From the IMG/VR virus record IMGVR_UViG_3300044274_000328, positions 1 through 24,461 of that record: a stretch of DNA of 24,461 nt. The stretch is one strand, 5' to 3'. This DNA is from a virus (lineage: Duplodnaviria; Caudoviricetes). Below the pieces are notes generated by a model that searched no databases, had not been told where the DNA came from, and was given only the letters and a program-made list of their open reading frames with translations. This document shows, one piece after another, positions 1 through 7,747 of this stretch. The position numbers were made by a program, and so were the translations under genes. Positions within the stretch are counted from its first letter, which is position 1. Each line of letters starts with the position of its first letter.

Positions 1-1065
1 CTAATTTTTGTGTTTGTTTACAGGTATTTGTGAAACTTTGCCTGAGACCGCGTCAGCGGAGGATTTACCTCCTTTTGATGTGTCACTGGCATGCTGTGTC
101 AAAAGTGTACCAATCGCTTTTACTGCGTCAGCAGAGCTACTGTTCGAATGAATGTAAGTATCTTGGACGAGTCGCGCTGATTTCCATCGTCCTGCAGCGG
201 CAATATCGTTTGCTGTCCACCCCATAGCGTTCAGCATTGTAGCGAAGCTGTGACGTCCTGCTTGGTGCGGAGGGATGTATTCGATACCTGCCCTTACACA
301 CGTGTTACGCCAACTGTTGTAAACCGACTGACGTGTTGCATAACCAAACACTTTCCCTTCTTTGGGCATCCCTGCCGATAGCTCGTCACGCAGTTCTGGA
401 GAGAAGTCAGTATCGTAACTTTCACCGTTTTTGGTTTCTCCCAAATCGGCCTTACAGTTAATCAAGTCCACGTCGGCAATCGTAAGACCCACTGCTTCAG
501 ATATTCGACATCCTGTCTCGAACAGAAACCAACACAACGTCGCTAGATGGGGGAGATTGTGTTCGATTGCGGAGGCGCGAAACTCGACGATCCACTCTGG
601 AGTTGCCGCGACCTTCTTCACTTTCTCGACTTTGAATTGAGTGACACGAATACTCGGACATAGGCCTTCCTGTGATGCGTGATTGATGATCGCACGGACA
701 GGTGTGATTACCTGCCTATTCCAAGTCGCAGGCTTGCGATCAGGATACAACTTCCGCGCCGCCGCCCGTATATCGTTGGCTTTGATTTTTGAAAGAAGTT
801 TCCCTCGGAAATGGTTCAACAAGGGTTCGATGTAATCCGGACTTTTTCCATCTTCCAAATATGCAACGACAGCATCCTCAAAAGTCGCGACGCTGTCCTC
901 TCCGTATACATCAGCTTTCCAGAGTCGGGACTCTAGCTGCGTTTTGATTTGCTCCGCTTTCGATCTGTCAGAAGTGCCTGTGCTCTGGCGAACGCGTCTA
1001 CCGTTAATCGTGCCCCGGATTTGCCACTTCCGACTGTTAGGTCTTTTGAAGAGTTCGAGGGACAT
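1..1065 (-). CDS. int: Tyrosine recombinase / phage integrase
   Basis: Catalytic set R (TGCRISE), K (TKNG), H..R (PHQAGRHS), W (GRWKS), Y (TYIH). N-terminal arm-binding-like segment (WQIRGTINGRRVRQSTGT). Confidence 0.95.
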   Translation of the reverse strand: MSLELFKRPNSRKWQIRGTINGRRVRQSTGTSDRSKAEQIKTQLESRLWKADVYGEDSVATFEDAVVAYLEDGKSPDYIEPLLNHFRGKLLSKIKANDIRAAARKLYPDRKPATWNRQVITPVRAIINHASQEGLCPSIRVTQFKVEKVKKVAATPEWIVEFRASAIEHNLPHLATLCWFLFETGCRISEAVGLTIADVDLINCKADLGETKNGESYDTDFSPELRDELSAGMPKEGKVFGYATRQSVYNSWRNTCVRAGIEYIPPHQAGRHSFATMLNAMGWTANDIAAAGRWKSARLVQDTYIHSNSSSADAVKAIGTLLTQHASDTSKGGKSSADAVSGKVSQIPVNKHKN

Positions 1066-1271
1066 TCCAGGTTCCTTAGTTCTTCAATGTGTTCCGGATA
1101 GAACAGGTAGCTCTTCCCACGCCGTTCATAGAACCGGTGAGTTTTGATTATATCATAGAGCTTTCGGGTAGACACACCCACAACAGGAGCGGCTGCGGCC
1201 ACTCCCTTAATGGGTGTTATTGCCCAACTCGGAAGATCGGATTCCGGTGAAGATGCGTTTGATTCCGTCAT
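933..1271 (-). CDS. Putative excisionase / wHTH DNA-binding protein overlapping int
   Basis: Short basic ORF with an HTH-like segment (AAAPVVGVSTRKLYDII) directly upstream of int and overlapping it by 133 bp. Confidence 0.65.
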   Translation of the reverse strand: MTESNASSPESDLPSWAITPIKGVAAAAPVVGVSTRKLYDIIKTHRFYERRGKSYLFYPEHIEELRNLECPSNSSKDLTVGSGKSGARLTVDAFARAQALLTDRKRSKSKRS

Positions 1272-1286
1272 AACACATCAATCATA

Positions 1287-1303
1287 TGTCAGAATTTATG
1301 ACA
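1287..1303. promoter_or_regulatory. Operator-like palindrome TGTCA-N7-TGACA, copy 1, upstream of xis/int
   Basis: TGTCA-GAATTTA-TGACA. Degenerate neighbour GGTCA-CAAATTC-TGGCG at 1310-1326. Confidence 0.85.
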
Positions 1304-1326
1304 GATCAAGGTCACAAATTCTGGCG

Positions 1327-1992
1327 CTACCCTCTTTGAAGTCGCCCCTTCACACGGCCTTTGATCTTAACGGAACCCAGATCAATGGTGTAGGCGTCAG
1401 CCCCTTTTTGGGTGATGCGTACTTGAGGCTTTTCTCCTGGTACGGCCTGCATTCTTGCGAACGCCATTCCGATTCCATCCCAGAATGCAAAGACACCGGC
1501 AGGAGATGGACGGGTGTCAGAAGTATCTACGAATACTTTGTCGCCAAATGCAAAGTCTGGCTCTGCGTCGTTACTGTTTACGTCACAGATAATGGTATGA
1601 TTGGGAGATGATTTGAGTTCTCTCGTTAGGTAATCCCCTGGAAGACCCCACATGTCGTGCTTGGTTTCATCCTCGAGCGAATCTCCGAACCGAACTTCGT
1701 AAACCCACACCATGTTGTCGCGTTCTGGGTTTCGATATACGACACGTTCTTCTCCTGGAGTGACGCTATAGGCAAGCCACTCCGGGGCAACATCGAGAAT
1801 AGCCGCAACCTCTTCGAGTTTAGATATACTGGGAGACGTTGTATTGATTTCCCACTGCCCGACCGCCGCTCGGCTTATTCCAAGCCGTTTGGATAGGTCT
1901 AACTGTGTCATATCTTTGTTACGTCTTGCGGCAATAATGCGCTCCCCAACGCTGATCGGGGGAGGTGAGGTGTGGATTACTGACAATGACAA
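1327..1992 (-). CDS. Xre/CI-like repressor with N-terminal HTH and degenerate S24-like C-terminal domain
   Basis: MTQLDLSKRLGISRAAVGQWE HTH. C-terminal EPDFAFGDKVFVD...IKGRV S24-type pattern. GGAG lies 8 nt upstream of the TTG start. Confidence 0.9.
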   Translation of the reverse strand: MSLSVIHTSPPPISVGERIIAARRNKDMTQLDLSKRLGISRAAVGQWEINTTSPSISKLEEVAAILDVAPEWLAYSVTPGEERVVYRNPERDNMVWVYEVRFGDSLEDETKHDMWGLPGDYLTRELKSSPNHTIICDVNSNDAEPDFAFGDKVFVDTSDTRPSPAGVFAFWDGIGMAFARMQAVPGEKPQVRITQKGADAYTIDLGSVKIKGRVKGRLQRG

Positions 1993-2061
1993 AATGGTTA
2001 CTCCTTGCTGACTTGTTTACCTGACAGTTGGGAAGTTTGTGTCAGAAAAATAAGCTGAATT

Positions 2062-2099
2062 GCGATTGTGACGGGACATTGTGCGTCAGAATCGCTTTT
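2062..2099 (+). other. Inverted repeat with T-run in the repressor leader
   Basis: GCGATTGTGACG (2062-2073) and CGTCAGAATCGC (2084-2095) pair at 11 of 12 positions and are followed by TTTT on the plus strand. Confidence 0.45.
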
Positions 2100-2145
2100 G
2101 GCAAGTGCACAAAACGTGAACATGCGTAAAAAATTGACATAATGC

Positions 2146-2176
2146 AAGAAATTCTGACCGTTACCTGCCGGTCAGA
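2146..2176 (-). terminator. Putative intrinsic terminator after dut
   Basis: Perfect 8-bp stem TCTGACCG/CGGTCAGA (2153-2160, 2169-2176) followed by ATTTCTT on the minus strand. Confidence 0.55.
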
Positions 2177-2218
2177 GTCAGTGTTTTCGTGGTGAGGTAG
2201 GTGAATTTTGTAATACTA

Positions 2219-2683
2219 TCACTGCCCAGTGGAGCCAAAACCCCCTTCTCCTCGAAGTGATTCGGGGAGTTCAGATACCTCTTCAATATCCGCTGTTACA
2301 AATGGTGTGATAATAAATTGAGCTATTCGGTCTCCATGGGAAACCTTAAAGTCTTCATTGTAGGATGAGTTGAACGAACCATGTCCCAAGTTGATCAACA
2401 CAACGCCAATGTCTCCGCGATAGTCAGCATCGACAACACCTGCGAGTACATCAATGCCGTGCTTGTATGCTAGGCCGCTTCGGGGAGCGATGCGTCCGTA
2501 AAACTCGCCTGAGCATGCAAATGACAGACCGGTTTTGATAAGCTTACGCTCACCTGGATGGATGATAAGGCTGTCTGTAGGCTCTTCGTACAGGTTGGCG
2601 TACAGATCCATACCGGCGGCGGCTGAACTACCATAAGTAGGCAGTTTGGCGTAATCGTTCAGCTTTTTGAATAATACACGCAT
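2219..2683 (-). CDS. dut: Trimeric dUTPase
   Basis: All five motifs present: AGMDL, PRSGLA, GVVDADYRG, GDRIAQ, RGEGGFGSTG. Start moved to ATG 2683 (MRVLF), which has AGGA upstream. Confidence 0.97.
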   Translation of the reverse strand: MRVLFKKLNDYAKLPTYGSSAAAGMDLYANLYEEPTDSLIIHPGERKLIKTGLSFACSGEFYGRIAPRSGLAYKHGIDVLAGVVDADYRGDIGVVLINLGHGSFNSSYNEDFKVSHGDRIAQFIITPFVTADIEEVSELPESLRGEGGFGSTGQ

Positions 2684-2741
2684 AGAGTTCCTATCTTGGG
2701 TAGTGTTTTGCTGCATAACGTAAACTATATCCAAAGATGTT

Positions 2742-2758
2742 TGTCAATAATCATGACA
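2742..2758. promoter_or_regulatory. Operator-like palindrome, copy 2, upstream of dut
   Basis: TGTCA-ATAATCA-TGACA, overlapping the glutaredoxin stop codon. The left half reads TTGACA on the minus strand. Confidence 0.85.
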
Positions 2759-2972
2759 AAATTTTGTCCAATTCATCATATCCGCCGATTAACTCGTCAT
2801 CTTGAAGAATAATGGGAACTGTGTTCATACCATATTTGGTGGCTTCTCGTATTAGGTGCGCACGCTCTAGTGGTCTTATGCGATAAGATAGACCTTTTCG
2901 GTCCAGAAGCTGTATCGCTTTGTCACAGAACGGGCACTCGAACCCGCTCTGTTTGATTACTGTATATATCAT
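2751..2972 (-). CDS. Glutaredoxin
   Basis: CPFC active site with TVP and IGGYDEL motifs; adjacent to RNR. Confidence 0.93.
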   Translation of the reverse strand: MIYTVIKQSGFECPFCDKAIQLLDRKGLSYRIRPLERAHLIREATKYGMNTVPIILQDDELIGGYDELDKILS

Positions 2973-2981
2973 AGAGAAGCC

Positions 2982-5030
2982 TTATCGTATCGGGCATGCA
3001 CCAGTGGAGCAATCGTCCAAGTCAACGAGTTCCTCTACATCCGTACCTGACAGATCAACTGGAAGAAGACCGTCGACATAGGATCGGAAAGTTGTCTCAT
3101 CGACGACCTCTTGTGGAAGGTATGGGTATCCAAGGTCAGCCGCAGTTTTGGTCGGATCGTTGCGGTAAATGAAAGACACGCCAATGTAACTGTCCCAATT
3201 GATCATCAACCAGTCGATGATGTCTTCTACCTCATCCAGATCGTAGCTGACTGTGATGGAACAGTTGTGATCTACATAGTGGTCCATCAGCATTTTGTAT
3301 CGCTCAAGCTGATCCACCGCACTTTCCAAGTTCACTTCAACTTCGACATCAACACCGTCAACGGTCTTGGATATCTTGTCGAAAGAGACGTTATTGTACT
3401 CAACGGGGAACCGAACGATCCGTCCACTTGGGTCATACGGGTTCTCCATGACGTAGTATCCCGCATCCTGCATGATCGGAATGATAGGATCATCTTTTGA
3501 GAAATTGACGTTGTTGAAGATGAAGCGACCAAGAGGTTTGTGTACGCCTTCACCCAATTCGTCTCCGATGGCTCCGAACACCTTGGTTTGAGTTCCACTC
3601 GGTTTTACGGTTGTGATCAACTTGGGTCGAGGGGCATTCAATTCATCAGCCATAGAGTTGGCACCATTGTGCGCCACTTCTCGTAGGTCCTCCCAGGCAT
3701 TGGCGTCATCTACGTATTCCCAGCCAATCACACCTGTCACTCCGACGCCGCAAAGACGTAGGAAGTCGTTCAACTCGTGCCAAGTTCTTTGGAGAACTCC
3801 GTCATCCAAGTTAACGCATGTTTGCCGGAAGTTAGCCCGAGACACCAAATAGTGCGCGCGATGGAGACCTTCCTCGTCGCCATTGAAACGGCAGACGGCT
3901 GTTTCAACCAAGTTACAGAAAGACTTATCGCCGAGCAGAATTTCCGCACACGGGTTCACGCCTTTGAAATAAGGTGCGCGACGGGTGGCCTCTACACCAT
4001 TGATAAAGCCTGGCTCCGAACCACCAGATTCTTTGATCAATCGGAATACCTTCCTTAGCTCTCTCTTTGTAGGCTTATGTTCGAAGACCAGCGAGTTGTT
4101 AGACATCGCGCGGTGCTTTGTCTCATCGGACACATAGTGATCTTTTTTGGCTGTTGCGAACTCTTTCCATTCGGCTCCACCGAACGGATACAGAGCGATC
4201 TCTGCAGAACGTCGAGAGGACAGAATGGTGCCCAAGTGATTTTCAATATCGAGAATGTCGATAGCAGACAGAAGAGTGCCAGCGGACCTATTGAGGACTT
4301 TGAAGATGCCTTCAATAGCTTTGGTTATTTGTTCATCACCCGACGAAATCCATCCATACCCTGAGAGACGGTATCCAGCGGGACGTATCTCTCTCAAGTC
4401 CACTACGAGTTTCTTGGCGCGTCCTTTAAAGGCCAAAAGCTTGCCGAAAAACTTAGCCCAGGCTTCGGCGCTGTCGCCTACAACAATGGTCCACAAGCCT
4501 GTTTCCGGATCAAATGTTTCTACGTTGTCGGGGGTTCCCTTCAGAGACGGGTCCGAGACAGGATTTCCTTTATCGTCGTTCGGTAGTACCTTTTCGGAAC
4601 GAACGATTTCGAGGCTACCAATTTCCTCTGTAAAGCCGTTCAAAACGCCAACGTTAGCTCTGAAGCCTACACCGCAGCCTTGTAGTAGCAACCAGATTGT
4701 GTCGACGACATCGTGGACAGATTGTACTTCTCCGAAAGAACAATTGAACTGTGACGCCTCACGTTCGCGTGCTATTTCCGTACCGCCCAACCATCTTGTA
4801 CGACCGGACACAGTAACCTTTCGATCCATAAACAGATGAAATAGTTCGTCTAGCTCAGCTTCTTGTGCTTCGGTCAGTTTCTTGTTTTGTGCCCGTTCCC
4901 AAAGCCATCTTTGGTGGGAGATCACGCGTTCCCAAGACTCCCTTGGCGTCTCAAAGACAGTCCCATTACTATCTAGTGGTCGAAGGTAGGTTCGGCGCTC
5001 GATGACTTGTGCCCGTACACTTTGTTTCAT
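2982..5030 (-). CDS. nrdJ: Class II (B12-dependent) ribonucleotide reductase, RTPR-like
   Basis: FNC, LLQGCGVG, NPCAEI, FCNL, TVKPSGT and C-terminal CSTGACPIR. No beta subunit nearby. Start moved to ATG 5030 (MKQSV), which has GAGGA upstream. Confidence 0.93.
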   Translation of the reverse strand: MKQSVRAQVIERRTYLRPLDSNGTVFETPRESWERVISHQRWLWERAQNKKLTEAQEAELDELFHLFMDRKVTVSGRTRWLGGTEIAREREASQFNCSFGEVQSVHDVVDTIWLLLQGCGVGFRANVGVLNGFTEEIGSLEIVRSEKVLPNDDKGNPVSDPSLKGTPDNVETFDPETGLWTIVVGDSAEAWAKFFGKLLAFKGRAKKLVVDLREIRPAGYRLSGYGWISSGDEQITKAIEGIFKVLNRSAGTLLSAIDILDIENHLGTILSSRRSAEIALYPFGGAEWKEFATAKKDHYVSDETKHRAMSNNSLVFEHKPTKRELRKVFRLIKESGGSEPGFINGVEATRRAPYFKGVNPCAEILLGDKSFCNLVETAVCRFNGDEEGLHRAHYLVSRANFRQTCVNLDDGVLQRTWHELNDFLRLCGVGVTGVIGWEYVDDANAWEDLREVAHNGANSMADELNAPRPKLITTVKPSGTQTKVFGAIGDELGEGVHKPLGRFIFNNVNFSKDDPIIPIMQDAGYYVMENPYDPSGRIVRFPVEYNNVSFDKISKTVDGVDVEVEVNLESAVDQLERYKMLMDHYVDHNCSITVSYDLDEVEDIIDWLMINWDSYIGVSFIYRNDPTKTAADLGYPYLPQEVVDETTFRSYVDGLLPVDLSGTDVEELVDLDDCSTGACPIR

Positions 5031-5124
5031 TATTTTCCTCGGCAAAAGGGTAGAGATCGGTGCGTTTGACGCACCGTTCTGGGTTCTATTCATGATGTGA
5101 AGGCCTGCGTTTCAGCAGGCTTTC

Positions 5125-5164
5125 AAAGTATCCTGCCCACCGCAGAATGTCAATAAAAGTGACA
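5125..5164 (-). promoter_or_regulatory. Sigma70-like promoter for nrdJ overlapped by operator copy 3 (5148-5164)
   Basis: Minus strand reads TTGACA-17 nt-TACTTT (5153 to 5125). Plus strand reads TGTCA-ATAAAAG-TGACA. An adjacent TGTCA-N9-TGACA lies at 5165-5183. Confidence 0.8.
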
Positions 5165-5190
5165 TGTCAAGACCAAGATGACAGTATGGG

Positions 5191-5562
5191 TTACACATTT
5201 TGGCGCGCCTCGGCGGAAACCCGTAATATGGTGTCTATACTACTCGGAACGCCATCCAGGTAGTAACCTGACCCACGCATCTCCACGAGCCGTCCTCCGA
5301 GAATAATATGCGCCCGTTCGATTGCTGTACGCGAGTCGTCCAGACTGTTGATGACGTCACCACTAGCTGCATAAGGCCGAACCAGAGATCGTTGCTTCTT
5401 GCTTTTAGGTCGAGGGATTTCTAGCTCCCGGACCCATCGACGCACGGTTGCAATACTGACTTTAAAGTGATCTGCAATCTCTTCTCTCGTCATGTTCTTA
5501 TCGAAGCGCATCTCCATAAGCTTGTCTCTGCTTGGGATGAAATCCTTGGCGTTATCCGTCAT
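5191..5562 (-). CDS. HTH DNA-binding protein
   Basis: MTREEIADHFKVSIATVRRWV HTH pattern. Confidence 0.75.
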   Translation of the reverse strand: MTDNAKDFIPSRDKLMEMRFDKNMTREEIADHFKVSIATVRRWVRELEIPRPKSKKQRSLVRPYAASGDVINSLDDSRTAIERAHIILGGRLVEMRGSGYYLDGVPSSIDTILRVSAEARQNV

Positions 5563-5812
5563 CTTTTATCTCAATCAGTTTGGACAGGCGCTCCGCCGGG
5601 GCTTCTTTGTTGGCCAATGACTGCGCCGTTATTGTCGCCAGGGGTAAAAGCATCCCAGAAGAATTCAAAGCAGACACAGTCACCGCTAGAAGCACAGCCG
5701 ATGATGCTATTGGACGGTCATCTGGATGATCTTCATCATCCACGAAAATCTCTGTCGCTATGTCTACAGAATTGTTTTCTCCATCCGTAAACGTGACACT
5801 TGCTTTTGCCAT
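5552..5812 (-). CDS. Hypothetical protein
   Basis: 86-aa ORF filling the gap between thyX (TGATG overlap) and the HTH gene. Confidence 0.7.
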   Translation of the reverse strand: MAKASVTFTDGENNSVDIATEIFVDDEDHPDDRPIASSAVLLAVTVSALNSSGMLLPLATITAQSLANKEAPAERLSKLIEIKDDG

Positions 5813-6762
5813 CAGGCACCTTGGTACTTTTTACAGAATTCGCCGTCGAGCGTCTTACGGAATTGAATCCATCCTTGGTCAAGGTTTCCGGAAAGATGGG
5901 GGTTCTCCCAAATCTCCTCACCATGTGGCCCATAAATCGGGTTGTCTGGGGTTGCCTGATGTTCTGCAGGGCTGGTGTGCAAAGGAGAACTGCCAACGAG
6001 TTTACAGTACAGCGCGAAGTCGTCTTCGAAGTTGGGCGCTTTTCCATCATGTGTTAGGTATGAAACGCGAGCGCAACGGGCAACGCTGACCGATATCAGG
6101 TCCTCAACTGTAACCGGATCGTAGTCTACGTTGTTGTCCTGAAGCAGTACCGGAAAACTCATATCTCGATCTTGTTCAGTGATGTAGGGCAAGTGCCATT
6201 CACCTTCATCCAAGAACTCTGGATCGGAAGCCTGCTGCGCCTCGTACATGGCGTCCGCAAGAACTTTGATTTCAGGCTGTGCATCCGGATGCCTCCGCAA
6301 CCAGTAGAAGTTATCAAAGTTTGTCGCGGTAACAACAACATTGATATGAGAGAACGGTTCAAGCAGTCGGTTTACAACTTGCTTGTGATATCCCGCCGCG
6401 TGGAAAGCCTCTGCCATTTTGATCGCTTTGTCTCTCGCATGCAGCCAAGCTCCTTTGGCATCAGCTTTGACCAAAGCCTCGTGTGGGAAAAACTCTCCAA
6501 CCATCACGGGTGCATTGTGCTCTTCTCGCGCCTGCATTCCTGGTTGGTTTTTGCCCCAGTGGATTGGCATTGCCGTATCCTGGATAACATCTTCAATCAG
6601 TCGAGATACGGGGATTGCTCGTGAAGAACTTGCGTTACGAGAGAACACTCGGTGTGTCATGAGTTCCGCATGGATAAACCTTGGATAACGCAATTGCATT
6701 GTCGTTAGTCGCGTGGTCTTTGCGCCGATACTATCGGCAATGATTTTTGCTGTGATTGTCAT
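5812..6762 (-). CDS. thyX: Flavin-dependent thymidylate synthase, phage type
   Basis: RFIHAELMTHRVFSRNASSSR motif, plus LRRHPDAQPEI and ARCARVSY. GAGGT RBS. Confidence 0.92.
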   Translation of the reverse strand: MTITAKIIADSIGAKTTRLTTMQLRYPRFIHAELMTHRVFSRNASSSRAIPVSRLIEDVIQDTAMPIHWGKNQPGMQAREEHNAPVMVGEFFPHEALVKADAKGAWLHARDKAIKMAEAFHAAGYHKQVVNRLLEPFSHINVVVTATNFDNFYWLRRHPDAQPEIKVLADAMYEAQQASDPEFLDEGEWHLPYITEQDRDMSFPVLLQDNNVDYDPVTVEDLISVSVARCARVSYLTHDGKAPNFEDDFALYCKLVGSSPLHTSPAEHQATPDNPIYGPHGEEIWENPHLSGNLDQGWIQFRKTLDGEFCKKYQGA

Positions 6763-6766
6763 TTGT

Positions 6767-7747
6767 TTACCTCATGTACTCGGCTACGGCAGCATTGGAT
6801 TCGACAAGGTCTCTGACCCACTCGTGTAGGTCTTGAATTGAGCCATTATTGCGGACTGTCGCGCCTACTTTTAGCTTGTCGATATTGGCTTCTGACGCGT
6901 GTGCAGACACCTCGTCATCTTCGATAGACGGGCGTATGATCCGGTATGTATACGCGTCTAACTCTTGAAGAGCATCCTCTTCGTGCCCAGGAAATCGGAA
7001 GTCGCTGCAGACGATTTTGGAACCGTACTTGCCACTCCGCACCCGCTTGACAAACATTGAAGACCATAGATCGGTGGCGATCATTTCCCGCCACTCAGTT
7101 CCTAACGTCTGCATCGCATGACGTGGTGTTTTACCTCGAAGCCAATCGCAAGGAACTTCTTTAAGATCACCTTCAATCTTTCGTTCGATGGTGTCTGGAT
7201 CGACGTCACACGTGCGATACATTGCTCGAAGCATATTCTTCAGGGGATCAGCGAACTTAAGGTCAACGAAACCCATGTCCGTCAGCACTTTTGACGCCGT
7301 ACTCTTCCCTGTGCCACGTTTTCCAGCAAACGCATAAACTACAGCTTGTTCCTGAACTGAATTGTCATTTAAAGTGACATCACTAGGCGTGGAAACGACT
7401 TGCATATCCTCGGTCAGAAAAACCGGGATGTCGTGCTTTCTCGACGTCGCATTGAACTTATCAATAACACATGATCCCAGATCGATGTCGTACTCAATGG
7501 CAAGCAAAGAAGCACAAATGACAACGTCCCCAATTTCCTCTTTAAGGTTGTCGAAGATGGCTGCACGCGATGCGGTGTTGCCGACAACTTTCTTGTCTGC
7601 GCGTTGGAGTTTCTTGACAGCGCCTAGAACTTCACCCGTTTCTTCGCCAAGCTCTACGGCCCGGAAGAGACCATCTATGTTCTCTGATCCACCCCAGTGT
7701 TTCTGACGAAGTAAATTCGTGTGTGTCAGCTTGTCGAAATCGTTCAT
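6767..7747 (-). CDS. Fusion of a MazG-like NTP pyrophosphatase and a deoxynucleoside monophosphate kinase
   Basis: N-terminal ELGEETGEV...KEEIGDV. C-terminal GKRGTGKST, FADPLK, TPRHAMQTLGTEW, DFRF, HASE. Start at 7747 overlaps the upstream stop (ATGA). Confidence 0.88.
   Translation of the reverse strand: MNDFDKLTHTNLLRQKHWGGSENIDGLFRAVELGEETGEVLGAVKKLQRADKKVVGNTASRAAIFDNLKEEIGDVVICASLLAIEYDIDLGSCVIDKFNATSRKHDIPVFLTEDMQVVSTPSDVTLNDNSVQEQAVVYAFAGKRGTGKSTASKVLTDMGFVDLKFADPLKNMLRAMYRTCDVDPDTIERKIEGDLKEVPCDWLRGKTPRHAMQTLGTEWREMIATDLWSSMFVKRVRSGKYGSKIVCSDFRFPGHEEDALQELDAYTYRIIRPSIEDDEVSAHASEANIDKLKVGATVRNNGSIQDLHEWVRDLVESNAAVAEYMR

Noticed and set aside
5031-5190. Cobalamin riboswitch or NrdR box upstream of nrdJ
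   Set aside because: I could not identify a B12-box or an NrdR consensus. Only generic hairpins are visible.
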